Source: Thraustochytrium aureum
Lineage: Eukaryota
DNA length: 33,987 bases
NCBI GenBank assembly: GCA_012862495.1
Contig: BLSG01000283.1
Location: 18,129-52,115, forward strand
Reading direction: 5' to 3'
Shown: positions 1 to 14,097 of the stretch, one piece after another
How the letters are laid out: each line of letters starts with the position of its first letter
How positions within the stretch are numbered: the first letter of the stretch is position 1
Position numbers and translations under genes: made by a program
The notes under the pieces: generated by a model
Database searches by the model: none
What the model was told of the DNA's origin: nothing
The model's input: only the letters and a program-made list of their open reading frames with translations

Positions 1-1
1 C

Positions 2-1792
2 GAGACCGACGTGCTGGCTGGCCTCACGACCGAGGTTGCCGAGAAGCGACTTCAGAAGTATGGCCCGAACGAGCTCCGTGAAAAGCGCAAGCGCACCATG
101 TGGGAGCGGATCTGGGATCAGCTCAACAACGTGCTCGTTTTCATCCTCGTCGTCGTAGCTATTATCAGCGCCATCAAAGGCGTCACAAGCATCGGCCAGG
201 AGGGCAAGGAGGAAGACGTGACCACGTCGTTCATCGAGGTCGGCCTGATCCTGGGCGTGGTCCTTCTGAACACGTGGATTGGCATCCGGCAAGAGGGCAG
301 CGCCGAGAAGTCTGCAGAAGCGCTCAAGGCCATGCTCAGTTCGGACGCCATGGTGATCCGCGATGGCAAGAAGCAGGAGGTGCCCGCTCGCGAGCTCGTC
401 GTTGGCGATATCGTGGCTCTTTCGCTCGGCGATCGCATCCCGGCCGACCTGCGCCTTGTCCGCGTCGCCAACTTGGCCTCTCAAGAGGCCGCTCTGACCG
501 GCGAGGCCCTCGCCGTGGAAAAGTCGACCGAACCTATCGAGACCGGCAACCCGGCGAGCGTCCCGCTCGGCGACCGCAAGAACATGGCGTTCTCCGCCAC
601 GCTCGTTGCGAGTGGCGAGGGCCTCGGCGTCGTGGTGGCAACCGGTGACAACACGGAGATTGGCGCCATCAACACGCTTGTGAGCAAGGTCGAGAAGAAG
701 AAGACCAACGTCCTTGTGCAGATCGACATCGTGTCCAAGTGGATCGCTGTTTTCGTCTGCTGCACCGCCGTGGTCACCTTCCTCGTGGCCTTCTTGTATA
801 CCAAGCAGCCTGTGCTAGACGCGGTCAGTACCGCGCTCGTCACGGCTGTGGCGATGATCCCCGAGGGCTTGGCTGCGATCGTGACCCTGACTTATGCCTG
901 GGCCGTGAGCAACATGGCCAAGCACAACGCGATCGTCCGAGTGCTCCCCGCCGTCGAAACGCTCGGCTCTGTGACTGTGATCTGCTCGGACAAGACTGGT
1001 ACGCTGACGATGAACCTGATGAGCATGGTCGCCTTCGTCGTTTCGAACGGACGCTTCAAGGTGGACACGCATTCGACGGAGCGCACGACCGCCAACTTTG
1101 TCCGCGACAACGGCTTCATGTTGGAGGCGGCGGACACCGAGGCGGCCGACTCCGAGGACGACGGCGCGGTCAGCGAGAGCTCGGAGCCTGCCCCTGCCGC
1201 GAGCGTCACTTCCAAGCGTGCTGCCAGGGACGGCCAGTCTCCCGACCTCGACTATGTGCGCGCTCTGCTCTCGTGCGGCATCCTCTGCTCCAAGTCCGAG
1301 CTCGGCAAGGACGGTGGCCGCGAGGGTGAGCTTGGCAACCCAACCGAGATCGCCATCGTGCGCGCGGCGTACATGGCGGGCGTAGACCACGAGCAGGTTC
1401 GCGCCAACCAGCCGATCATCAGCGAGGTCCCCTTCAGCAGCGAGTACAAGTTTATGGCCACCGTCCACAAGCCCGTCCCGGAGATCGACGGCCGTTCCAC
1501 CAAAGGCCTGGTAGTCAACGTCAAGGGCGCCATCGACCGCCTTATTCCGCTCTGCACCCACCAGGCACGTGGCGGCGTTGTCGGCCGCAAGTCCTCGAGC
1601 CCGTCTCTCCGAAATACTGGCTCGAGCATGCCGAGATCATGTCGTCGCACGGTCTGCGCGTGCTCGCACTGTGCCGCGCCACGGTCCCGGAGGACAGCGT
1701 CAAGCCGGGCCAGCAGCTCGGCCCCGAGTTTATCAACGGCGGGCAAGCCTTTCCTGACCATTGTGGGTCTTGCGTGCATCCTGGACCCGCCG
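2..1792 (+). CDS. Type II cation-transporting P-type ATPase (partial: starts upstream of the window, 3' part lost in gap)
   Basis: GL...RLQKYGPNEL N-terminal motif, LVVGDIV...GDRIPADLRL, EAALTGE, IPEGL, phosphorylation motif CSDKTGTLT, PFSSEYKFMAT, KGA, GLRVLALC (shifted frame about 1590-1743), then ILDPP at the gap edge. Two compensating frameshifts. Confidence 0.95.
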
Positions 1793-3281
1793 NNNNNNNN
1801 NNNNNNNNNNNNNNNNNNNNNNNNNNNNNNNNNNNNNNNNNNNNNNNNNNNNNNNNNNNNNNNNNNNNNNNNNNNNNNNNNNNNNNNNNNNNNNNNNNNN
1901 NNNNNNNNNNNNNNNNNNNNNNNNNNNNNNNNNNNNNNNNNNNNNNNNNNNNNNNNNNNNNNNNNNNNNNNNNNNNNNNNNNNNNNNNNNNNNNNNNNNN
2001 NNNNNNNNNNNNNNNNNNNNNNNNNNNNNNNNNNNNNNNNNNNNNNNNNNNNNNNNNNNNNNNNNNNNNNNNNNNNNNNNNNNNNNNNNNNNNNNNNNNN
2101 NNNNNNNNNNNNNNNNNNNNNNNNNNNNNNNNNNNNNNNNNNNNNNNNNNNNNNNNNNNNNNNNNNNNNNNNNNNNNNNNNNNNNNNNNNNNNNNNNNNN
2201 NNNNNNNNNNNNNNNNNNNNNNNNNNNNNNNNNNNNNNNNNNNNNNNNNNNNNNNNNNNNNNNNNNNNNNNNNNNNNNNNNNNNNNNNNNNNNNNNNNNN
2301 NNNNNNNNNNNNNNNNNNNNNNNNNNNNNNNNNNNNNNNNNNNNNNNNNNNNNNNNNNNNNNNNNNNNNNNNNNNNNNNNNNNNNNNNNNNNNNNNNNNN
2401 NNNNNNNNNNNNNNNNNNNNNNNNNNNNNNNNNNNNNNNNNNNNNNNNNNNNNNNNNNNNNNNNNNNNNNNNNNNNNNNNNNNNNNNNNNNNNNNNNNNN
2501 NNNNNNNNAGCCGGAGGAGACTCTGGCGCCTTACTCAACGCAGCAGAGTGCCTCCATGCACAACAATTTGCTGCGCAAGTAGTCAATGCAGTTGCCGTGT
2601 CGAGTTGCGCCGCGAAATGTTTCGAAATGTTCCAAAACGTTTGTGTTGCTTGTGGCGCTGACGTCGCCACAAGGCAACGCTTCAAACATTTATTGCTATC
2701 CTGAGCTCTCCTTGCTGTTCTTGGGAGCCTGCGAGTCGGCCTGTCTTGCATCGAGGAGGCCGTCGTCGACTTCGTAAATACCGTGCATCTCGCCGCCGTA
2801 CCGAAAGCCACCGACAATCAGTGCTCTGACTGGCCATGCCTCTCTACCTGCATTCGTAGCCCCAGAGTCTCTCTGGAGCTGGAGCCGCTGGCAACCCTCT
2901 GGGCGCGCCGACGGGCGGCAGTCGCTAGCCCGCTTACAACCAAGTCGTTCCCAAATGACGAAGAAAGCGGCTGCGTCCGGCTCGGAGGGCGGCGCATCCG
3001 AACAAGTGCCCTCTAGCCGCCTTGCGCGCCGCAGCCCAGGAGCTCGGCACGGTGGATGCCACCAGGCCGAAGGCCATGCAGCACGGCGTCGAGTCGCAGC
3101 TGTCTTGTTGCGCTTTTCTTCGTTTTGTAGTTGAGAGTCCAAAACCACACGCAAGCCCGTACGCGTCCAGGGGCCGGAGATCTGCTGGCAGAGAGCGGCC
3201 TCGGCGCCCGCTCCGGCTTGAGCGGCGCCAGCCCGCGTGCCACGTCCGCGCGGGGGGCTGCTGTGTCGCGTGCGGGTCGAG

Positions 3282-3731
3282 ATGGCGTTCTACATGGACT
3301 CTGCCCGCGCTTTTCTCGACAACGCGCCGCGCAGCCTCCTCCGGCAGAGCGAGGGCGACCGCTCTGGCGCAGGCAAGGCGGCGCGATCGTCGATCGGAAC
3401 GACGACCGCGAGCGGTGCGGGTCACGCGCGGCGCAAGGCGTGGGCGCCAACTGGCGGAGTGCGCAACTCGAAGCGAGCCTCCCCGCGATCCCCAGCCGCC
3501 CAAACTGCGCACGAGCAGCTCGGGTACCGCGGCGAGTATCTAACGGAGACCGAAACGCGACGAGTGTACGCCTGCGTGAACGAGGGCCTCGAAGGGCTTG
3601 ACCGCATCAACGCTGAACTTGACAGCCTGGGCCAGGACCTTGCCTTCAAACGCACGCTCTTCCGCGCGCAGTTCAGAACGCTGCGCGACGCGCTCCAGGA
3701 ACACCAAGACAAGCCCTCAGATGCGCCGTAG
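3282..3731 (+). CDS. Small hypothetical protein with C-terminal coiled coil
   Basis: ATG 3282 to TAG 3731. C-terminal heptad-like segment LEGLDRINAELDSLGQDLAFKRTLFRAQFRTLRDALQE; codon usage similar to neighbouring genes. No family recognised. Confidence 0.5.
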   Translation: MAFYMDSARAFLDNAPRSLLRQSEGDRSGAGKAARSSIGTTTASGAGHARRKAWAPTGGVRNSKRASPRSPAAQTAHEQLGYRGEYLTETETRRVYACVNEGLEGLDRINAELDSLGQDLAFKRTLFRAQFRTLRDALQEHQDKPSDAP

Positions 3732-4722
3732 CGCTGCTCCTGGAGGAGGCGGCCAGGTCGAGGTAGGGTCTGCTTTCTTGGCGCTCGAGCGTAACCGGCA
3801 AGGGAGCGCGGCGTTTCCATGAGCTTACTTGGGGATTCCATGAGCTTCCTTTCCCTTGCAAACCTATGACATTATAGCGTTGTTTCGTTGCTCGGGGCAG
3901 GATTCGGCTTGGTAGCGGTGCCAGCACTGGCGGCTTGACGTCGCCGCCGGGAGCGGAAAAGGGACTCGGCCGTTCCGAGACCCCGTGTCGCTCCCAAATC
4001 GCTCAGCGGCACCAACAGCAACAGCAAAATCATCAAAGCGCAGCCGCCAGCAGCAACCGCCATACGAACGAGCACCGCAGGCGAGTCGCTCCTCGTCTTG
4101 CGCGGCTCCAGCTCGGTCGCTGGCGCAGCCCCGAGGCCTGCTTTTCGCAACCCATCACCTCCCGGTGCTGAGCAAGCCCACATGGCGAAATCGCGCCAGC
4201 ACACCGAGCGGGTCTTCAAGCGCCGTCATCGTCTTCGCCAGCGCGGAGCCCGCTGCGCCCCATGCGCGCGGCGACGTCCATGAGCAGTGCCATCGGCCTC
4301 AAGCCACCGTCGCAAGTCTGGAGTATTTTTCAAGATCGATCAAACAAAATCGCGAACACCACCTGCAGCAGACCCCGTTGGCTTTCGAGGAGCGCGGCTT
4401 GCATGCGCCCGTGCGCGCCGTGCGTGCAGAGGCTTGCGCTGGTTGCTATCTGGGTTGCGTAGAGCTCCCGCGGCTGCGCTCCGTTGCTGGGACCGGCCTG
4501 CGAGGCGCATCGCCCGGGGGCCAGGGCGGCCATTCGCCGTGATTCGCTCGACTCCGCCCGCCTCGGTCTCTAGCTAGAGAGGGGCTGGCCGATCTCTCCA
4601 GCCGCGTGCCGCAGACGGGCAGACGCAGGCGGTCGTCGTGAAGACGAAGAGCGGCTGGCTCGCCTCTGCTGGCGTGGTCGTGCAACGCAGCGGGGCCAGG
4701 CGGCCAAGGAAAGGGTGCAAGT

Positions 4723-6973
<2,251 letters not shown>

Positions 6974-7323
6974 CTGCAAGCCCTCCGCGAGGCACTTGCA
7001 ACTGCTGCAGCCTGCGTTGCCCCCGGCACTTGTGTGTAAAACTATCTCGTTCGAAGCCATCGCGTTCGCCGCGCCAGTCCACTTTGTTGCAACGGGTCTT
7101 GGGCCCACTATCTTGTCATTAGAGGACCTGTCGACGGACGCCTGTGCCACGCACACGAGGTATTCGTCTCGAGCTCGCCAGAGCCTCGAGCCCGAGTACT
7201 CCAACGAAAGCCGCGGTCAAGACGCGCTGCGAGGGGGTCGCTTTTGGAGCACGACACGCAACCAACCTCGCTCGCAATCTCGCACGCAATCTCGCACGCA
7301 CGCACGCACGCACGCAAGGCACA

Positions 7324-8463
7324 ATGCTCGCTTCCACCGTTTCGCGCATGGGCTCCGCGCTCGCAGCTCGCTCCACTGCTCGCGGGCTGGCCACGCTCGC
7401 GCCTGGCTCCAAGGTTGGCGTCGTCGGCCTCGGGCTGATGGGCCATGGGATCGTCCAGCTGGCTGCCGATGTGGCCAAGTTTGACGTCGTGGCGGTGGAT
7501 ACCAACCCGCAGGCCATGGAGAAGGGCGTCAAGGCGATCAGCGACTCGCTCACGAAAGTGTACGGCAAGAAGCTCAAGGGCGAGGAAGACGCCGCGGGCA
7601 AGGTGGAAAAGGCCGTGGCCGAAGCCATGAGCCGCGTCAAGGGAACCACCAACGTCAACGACCTCGCTGACTGCGACATTGTCGTCGAGGCCATCATTGA
7701 AAACCTCGAGATCAAAAAGGGGTTCTACAAACAGCTCGGCGAGATCTGCAAGCCGGACGCCATTCTGGCCTCCAACACCTCGTCCTTCCCCATCAGCCAC
7801 CTCGCGACTGCGAGCGGCCGCCCCGACAAGGTTGTTGGTCTCCACTTTTTCAACCCAGTGCAGCTCATGAACCTCTGCGAGGTTGTCAAGGCCGCCGACA
7901 CGAGTGATGCGACGATGGAGGTTGCCGTTGAGTTTGCCAACCAGGTCAAGCGCCACCCTGTGCAATGCAAGGACACCCCCGGCTTTGTTGTCAACCGCCT
8001 TCTCGTCCCTTACATCGCCCAGGCGCTCGCTATGTACGACCGTGGCGAGGCTAGCACCAAGGATATCGACGAGGCCATGATGCGAGGCGCCGGCCATCCA
8101 ATGGGGTAAGTCTGCGACTCGGGGCTGCGCGCGCCTTAATCCCTTGGCTGACGCTGTTCTCGCGTGCCTTCCACTCGCTTTGTTTGCTCCTGCGCAGTCC
8201 ATTTCACCTTGCCGACTACATCGGTCATGACACGATTCACTCCATCATCCGCGGATGGCAGGACATGTACCCTGACGAGCCGGCCTTCGTTATGCCCAAG
8301 TGTCTCGAGGACCTCGTCGCCCAGGGCAACCTCGGCCGCAAGACGGGCCAGGGCTTTTACAAGTGGTAAGTCGTGCTCTGTGACAGGGTCCAGCTTTGTG
8401 GAGCACACCGCCCTGACATGGCTCTTGCACCGCGACAGGGACGGCAACAAGGTGCTCAAGTGA
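7324..8463 (+). CDS. Mitochondrial 3-hydroxyacyl-CoA dehydrogenase (HADH/Hbd family), 3 exons: 7324-8105, 8198-8365, 8439-8463
   Basis: Ser/Arg/Ala-rich transit-like N-terminus, GVVGLGLMGHGI Rossmann motif, DIVVEAIIEN, ASNTSS, GLHFFNPV, KDTPGFVVNRLL. Splicing restores GHPMGPFHLADYIG and LGRKTGQGFYKW-DGNKVLK. If intron 2 is retained the protein ends at TAA 8369. Confidence 0.95.
8106..8197 (+). other. Spliceosomal intron 1 of HADH
   Basis: GTAAGT donor, GCTGAC branch-like motif, CAG acceptor; removal restores conserved MGPF. Confidence 0.92.
8366..8438 (+). other. Probable spliceosomal intron 2 of HADH
   Basis: GTAAGT donor, CCTGAC branch-like motif, GACAG acceptor; gives in-frame WDGNKVLK*. 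Confidence 0.75.
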
Positions 8464-8920
8464 GCAACTCCAGATCGCGCGCACCCACCCGGCCGTTCGG
8501 CGAGAGACTCGCCGCGTGGCATGCCCAGGTGATTGTCGCGGAGACCATGCGCTGGCTCGGCCTCGCCGCCTCGACCGCTGTTCGGTAGCGGGCCCAACTC
8601 GATAGCTAAATCTCTACCTCGCAATTCTGAAGTTGCTTTGGAAAAAATCCTCATCGTCACCGCGGACGGTATCGCCCCGCGCCAACGGGAACACCGATCA
8701 CTGATCGCAACAGACTTTGCCCAACGCGCGCGAGACCTCTCGAGCTATCTTTTGGTGTTCGGGATTTCGGCCGGAAACGACTCTGTCAGCGAAAAACAAG
8801 CCCAAGCATGCGTTACATTACCGGTAAGACCGTTCGCGTGAGACCAAGCCAGCCGCGCTAATCACCGACCCCCAAAAGGGCTCCACAGGCCCGCAACGAG
8901 CGCCCAGGCGCGACAGAGCG

Positions 8921-9407
8921 ATGGGCAACAAGGCGGCGAAGGCCAAGGAGGAAAACGCGGCGAAAGCTGATGCTGCAGCCTCGGATGGGGCCAATGATTC
9001 GGGAAGAAGACCCACGCCGCGCAAGCAGTCGGCTGCACCGGGACAGGCAGCCGCGGAAGACGCCGTGGCAACTGCAAGCAAACGGAAGAAAAACTCGGTG
9101 TTTCCAGCTGAGGTCGCTGCAAACGCCAGCGCGGAAGACGCGGGGGAAGGAGAAGCCTCCTCTGCGAGGCCCCTCGTCGACACTTCGCAGCACACCTCGC
9201 GCGGCGGCCCGGAGAAGACCGCAGCCGAGCCCGCACCAACAAAAGCGCTGAGCGAGCGCTCGACAGCTGATTCCCTCGCGATCCGACTTGGGGCTTCTTC
9301 CATCGAGAGTCTTGGGGTTGAAGACTTGGAACTCCAAGACGGGCAAAGCACTGCGGACCGCGTCCTCCGCGTTGTGCTCAAACACCTGATGTTCCCTGGC
9401 AGCGGGG
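8921..9407 (+). CDS. Hypothetical low-complexity Ala/Lys/Glu-rich protein with MG N-terminus (possible myristoylation); 3' end uncertain
   Basis: MGNKAAKAKEENAAK start; frame stays open into gap. The distal part may instead be the antisense shadow of the convergent gene. Confidence 0.5.
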
Positions 9408-9780
9408 NNNNNNNNNNNNNNNNNNNNNNNNNNNNNNNNNNNNNNNNNNNNNNNNNNNNNNNNNNNNNNNNNNNNNNNNNNNNNNNNNNNNNNNNNNNNN
9501 NNNNNNNNNNNNNNNNNNNNNNNNNNNNNNNNNNNNNNNNNNNNNNNNNNNNNNNNNNNNNNNNNNNNNNNNNNNNNNNNNNNNNNNNNNNNNNNNNNNN
9601 NNNNNNNNNNNNNNNNNNNNNNNNNNNNNNNNNNNNNNNNNNNNNNNNNNNNNNNNNNNNNNNNNNNNNNNNNNNNNNNNNNNNNNNNNNNNNNNNNNNN
9701 NNNNNNNNNNNNNNNNNNNNNNNNNNNNNNNNNNNNNNNNNNNNNNNNNNNNNNNNNNNNNNNNNNNNNNNNNNNNNNNN

Positions 9781-12700
9781 CTTGAAGAACAGCCGCGCTT
9801 GCATCACCTTCTCGCGGTCCACCTCGAGCGGAAGTTCGGGGGCCTCGAGCCGGGCGCGCAGTTTTTGTCGCCAGCGCGCTCGTGAGCGCCGTTCTTCGTG
9901 GGCCATCAAGCGCCGCTCAAACGCAACGATGACGGGCTGGAGGTCGTCGGGGTGGTCGGCGCCACCTTGCGCGTCAAACTCACTGCGCGGCGACCTTGGG
10001 CTCCTCTTGGAGGCGGTAGCTGAGCGAGAGGAGGCGCTCGATGGGCCGCTTGATAGGCCGCTGCCATCCTCGCGCGGTACGCCAAGCGAGCCGCGGGGAA
10101 TGCTTGATTCGGGGTTGCTGCGGTCGCTGGCGGCACTCGTGCCAAGCTCAAAGTACTCGGCAATCTCCTTCGTGATGCGGTCACGGGGAACCTGGGGACT
10201 CGAGTCCTTGTCCTCAAAGTCCGCAGAGGAGCTCCGGAACTTGTGTGACTTTGTCACAATGCCGCCGGGCCATGGCTCGCAACGCAGCCGCTCATGGACG
10301 GCAAAGAGAAGGACCACAAGCATGTCGAGCTGGGCGGGGCTGGCTTCTATAAAGTCGTCTGTGGAAAGACCATGCGGGATCCCCAGCTGCTCCAGGCATG
10401 CGAGAAGCTCGTCGCAGTTCGACCGGATTTCGGACTCTACTTCAGGTTCATAGTAGACACACTCGATGCGGACCTTGCGTGGGTAAAACAGGTGCAGCAC
10501 GCTGATGAGGGCATCGGCTTTCTGGAATGCGAGCCAAATGCCGTGATGCGGCGGCCGAAGAACGCTCGCGGGCAGCGTGCGGCCAGCTGCGCGCAGGGCT
10601 CGATCAAACCATGCGAGGACAGTCCGAACCTTGGAGCTCGTGCTGAGCCCGCCAGCCAAGACCATGGACGAAACGATCTCTCCCAAGAGGCTGCAGATCG
10701 CAGAATGCTCAGCGTTGAAGACCTGCAGAGCGGTTGGCAGATTGCGTGCCTTGACGCCCCGCTGCTTCCAAATGATGCTCAGAGCGATTTCGATATTCTT
10801 CAGGCATGGCGTGCGCGTTCGACCGCGGATCTGCCAGTTCACACCGAACAGGGGGTCGTCCTTGCGCGACGACTGCGCGACAGCTTCCGAATCAGCCGAG
10901 CCGCTTCGCGCCGGTCGCGCGCGCCGCTTCGCGAGAAGGTGTCCAACCAGGGCGCAAAGCAGCATCCCGTTCTGGAACCCTTCGACGAGCTCACGCGTGT
11001 CAACTTTCGCGGAGCGCCAGATGCGAAGCGAATCAATCCACCGGGCGTACTGCGCTAATTTAACTTGAACCTGCGCGTCTCGCCGCTGCGATTTAGGCGA
11101 GGCAAGCACCGCAAGGGGGAACGGAGCGCCCGTTCTTCGCGGTGCCGCGCTGTTGCGGCTGTTGTGGAGCTCAAGCGTGAAGACGTCCACCGCTTCGACG
11201 AGGACCCTGTACGGCAAAAGCAAGGACTCGTTGCCGTTACTCGACAAGTCCCCATCGTCGCCAGTTGCGCTGCCCAAAGCAGCCGCGAGGCGCGCTTCTT
11301 CGTCCGGACCAAGCGAGAGGCCCAGCGACTCCTCAACAAGCTCGCCCAACCTTTCCCTCCGGACTGTGCCGCGGCCTTCGGGGTCGACGAGCTGCATCGC
11401 TTCGTGTATTCGCCGGGTTACGAGAACGCGTTTTGAAGCGAGGCGCTCTTTGCGCCATGCGTCGCGGAGGACCGCCAAAACCGCGGCAAGGCGCTCAGCG
11501 CTGCTCATTCGCTTCGTCGAGACTTGCACTTGGGACCCGAAGCCAGCTGCGCGACTTGCGTCGAGTGTGCTGACGATGGGCGACACTGGCGAACCCGGGC
11601 TCTGAGGAGAGGTTGGAGACACAACGCTCCGGCCGGAATCCGTTGCGCTTCCTGGCTCTGGATTTGCAAAGAGCGGTCGCACCGTAATCACCGGCGCATC
11701 GCGTGGCTTGGCCTTGCTCATGACGTTGCGAAGCGAGCTACCAAAGGAAACCAAGCTCGCGCCGCGCTTGCTTGCCAGCGGGTCGGCGGGCTCGGGTGCC
11801 TGTCGCTGCACTCGTCGCGCCGCCTCTGCACTCTCAAGCTCGTTCAAGCTATCCGGGTACTCGTATGAGAAGAACTGGCGCCGCTGGTCGGCTTGAGTCT
11901 CAGGGGGCGGGTGGTCTGGCGCTTGCATATACGCAAGATCGTCGTCCCAGCCCAAACTGTCGTTCGAGACGACGTCGTTGTCTGTGCTGTCGTGCCTGGC
12001 GTTTGGGCTCTGCTCTGCGCCGCGTTTGCCATTCTGGCTTGCCGTTGGGCTTTGTTCGCTTAGGTGGCTCGACGGCTGGCCGGAGGAGTGGCTCGAGGAG
12101 TGGCTAGACCGTCGCCCCGGCGCACTTGCGCTTGGGCTCAACCCAGCCCACGGATCTGCAAGCACGATCGGTGCAAACCTTCCTGCGCGTGCGGCTACCT
12201 GCTCTCTTGAATCGCCGAGGTCTGCCAGGCTATTTTCAGTCCCGGAGACAAGAAACGCGAGCTCCGAGTGCCGCCGCTGAGGGTCCACGACCTGGGGCGT
12301 TGGCTCGGCGAAAGGACTTTGGTCTGGTAGCCACGACAGCGACGCTGCCTTTGGCCGCGTCTCATACGCTAGCGAGCGGTCCTCCGCGGCAGGCGCCCCT
12401 TGCGATCCGTCGCTATCGGGAAGCGGGTTGTCGCTCAGCTGCCGGAGCGGCGAGAAATCGCGAGGCACACTAAGTAGGCGACCGTCAAGCGCTTCGGACT
12501 GGCGCCGCACGGCTGCAGCGAAGGGGTTGTATTGAGCAGCGGCCTCCTTCTCCCCTGGCAACGAGTTGGCCTTTGGCCGTGTCGGGACCAGGTCACCGGG
12601 GCCGACCATGAACGGCGTAGCGCCGGGCAGTTCAAGGTCGAAGGTGTCGCCGCCTTGGCGCTCAGATTCCTCATCCGTATCTACGCCTTTTGAGACTTGC

Positions 12701-13692
12701 TCCGCAGAAAGGGGAGAGCCAGTCGAAGGCGAGGGCGGGCTGACCACCTCAGCTGGCGGAAGCGGGGGCGCTTTGGGGGCTGGTGGTCGGTGCCGCTCGT
12801 TCCTAATGTACGTGCCGGGTAGGCCTTGCGTCCCAAGGCCGTCGCGCGAGCCGGTGAGAGGCGGCGGCGGCTCGGAGGGGAGAGGAATCTTGTCCATGCT
12901 AAGCGGCCGAGGCGCTCGAAACCTGAAGGCGTGTTCGGGCGGCGGCGTCGTCGGCGGTGGAGGCGTGGTTGGCGGCGGCGGCTCAAAAGGAGTACCAGGT
13001 CCGGGGCCCCCTAGGGGCACTGGTATGCGTAGCGGTTCTGGCACTTTCGCCAAGAGTGAGTGGCGCAACGGCGCGGCTCTGGGTGGGCTCGGCATGAACA
13101 CTATCGGGTCGTCGTCCTCAGGCGGCGGCGAATCTGGGGGCGGTAATGGGTAGACGAAGGGGTTTGCAGCAAACGTGTCGCTTGCGTCCGCCTCATCGCT
13201 GCTCTTGCGCCCGCTTTCTGTCCTAGACGCTGCTGGGGGTCGAATGAAGTGGGAAGCGTCCGGCGCGCCTGGTGCGCGACCGCCCACGTCCTCCTCGTCG
13301 GAGGAATCGGGAGATGGCGGGGGTTCTGGAACCTGGGGTATCATTGCGTCTCCTTCCTGGTGCGGGTGCGGCGCAGAGTGAGTCCTCATCTTGTGCGTTG
13401 CGCGACCGAGCCTTGCGCGATTGTCCGCCTCAGAATGGGCGCGCCTTGACTCCCGTGCGCCATTCGCTTCGGCCCACTCGGCGCTGGCTGGATGCGCGAG
13501 CCCCGGCGGCGGCAGGACTAGGGATGCGTGCACGCCAGGCGGCGGGCCCGCGGCGGAGGCGCTGGCGAGAGGGTGGTTGCCATTTCGCAGCTCACCTGCT
13601 CCAAAGCTAGACCTCGCGCTGGAGCCTTTCCTGAACGCCCAGTCCGGCGGAGGCGCCGACGGAGGCGGCGGCTGCTGCGGCGGCTGCTGCAT
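9781..13692 (-). CDS. Large protein: Pro/Ser-rich disordered N-terminus, EF-hand-like motif, two calponin-homology-like domains, coiled coil (3' end in gap)
   Basis: About 1300 uninterrupted codons. EF-like MQLVDPEGRGTVRRERL; CH-like ARWIDSL...LVEGFQNGMLLCALVGHL...CLKNIEIALSII; second CH-like VLAWFDRAL...FQKADALISVLHLFYP...NCDELLACLEQLGIP. Confidence 0.8.
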
Positions 13693-14097
13693 CCCTCTTG
13701 CGGCCTTCGCGTCTCAAGCAGCAGCACCACCGGCGGCGGCGACAGCGTAGCGGCTGGCGAGCGCGACTGCTCGCGGTTAATTTCAACAGCCTGTCGAAAA
13801 CGTTATGGAAATCTGGGTGTCAAAAACAGGTCTTATTCTTCCATAGAGATAAGCAAAACGCCATTCAGGCTGGACGGGCTCCAGCTTCTGAGCCGGCGAG
13901 GCAGGTGGAATGCGCACGCTCGGGGCGCGTTCGGGACTTGGCTGTGCGCGCGGTAGCCCGACTAGCAGTACTTTTGTGCGCCTTGGGGCTCTCGCATCAT
14001 CATGATCGCTCAGGATGATCAGGGTCGAGTCCGGCGAGCAGGCGTCAAGGTGCTCGCGGTTTTTGCTCGGCCGCTTGCTCGGCTGGCGCAAAGGCGC

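Noticed and set aside
3872..4533. Minus-strand ORF fragments including a hydrophobic stretch (VAAGGCALMILLLLLVPL) and an in-frame TGA near 4227
   Set aside because: No coherent start or homology; the Leu run is the antisense of a CAG/CAA tract. No support for a gene, selenocysteine or readthrough.
7268..7316. (GCAC)n tract just upstream of the HADH ATG, with a similar tract at about 15125-15150
   Set aside because: Simple microsatellite, in opposite orientation relative to the two genes; no evidence of regulatory function.
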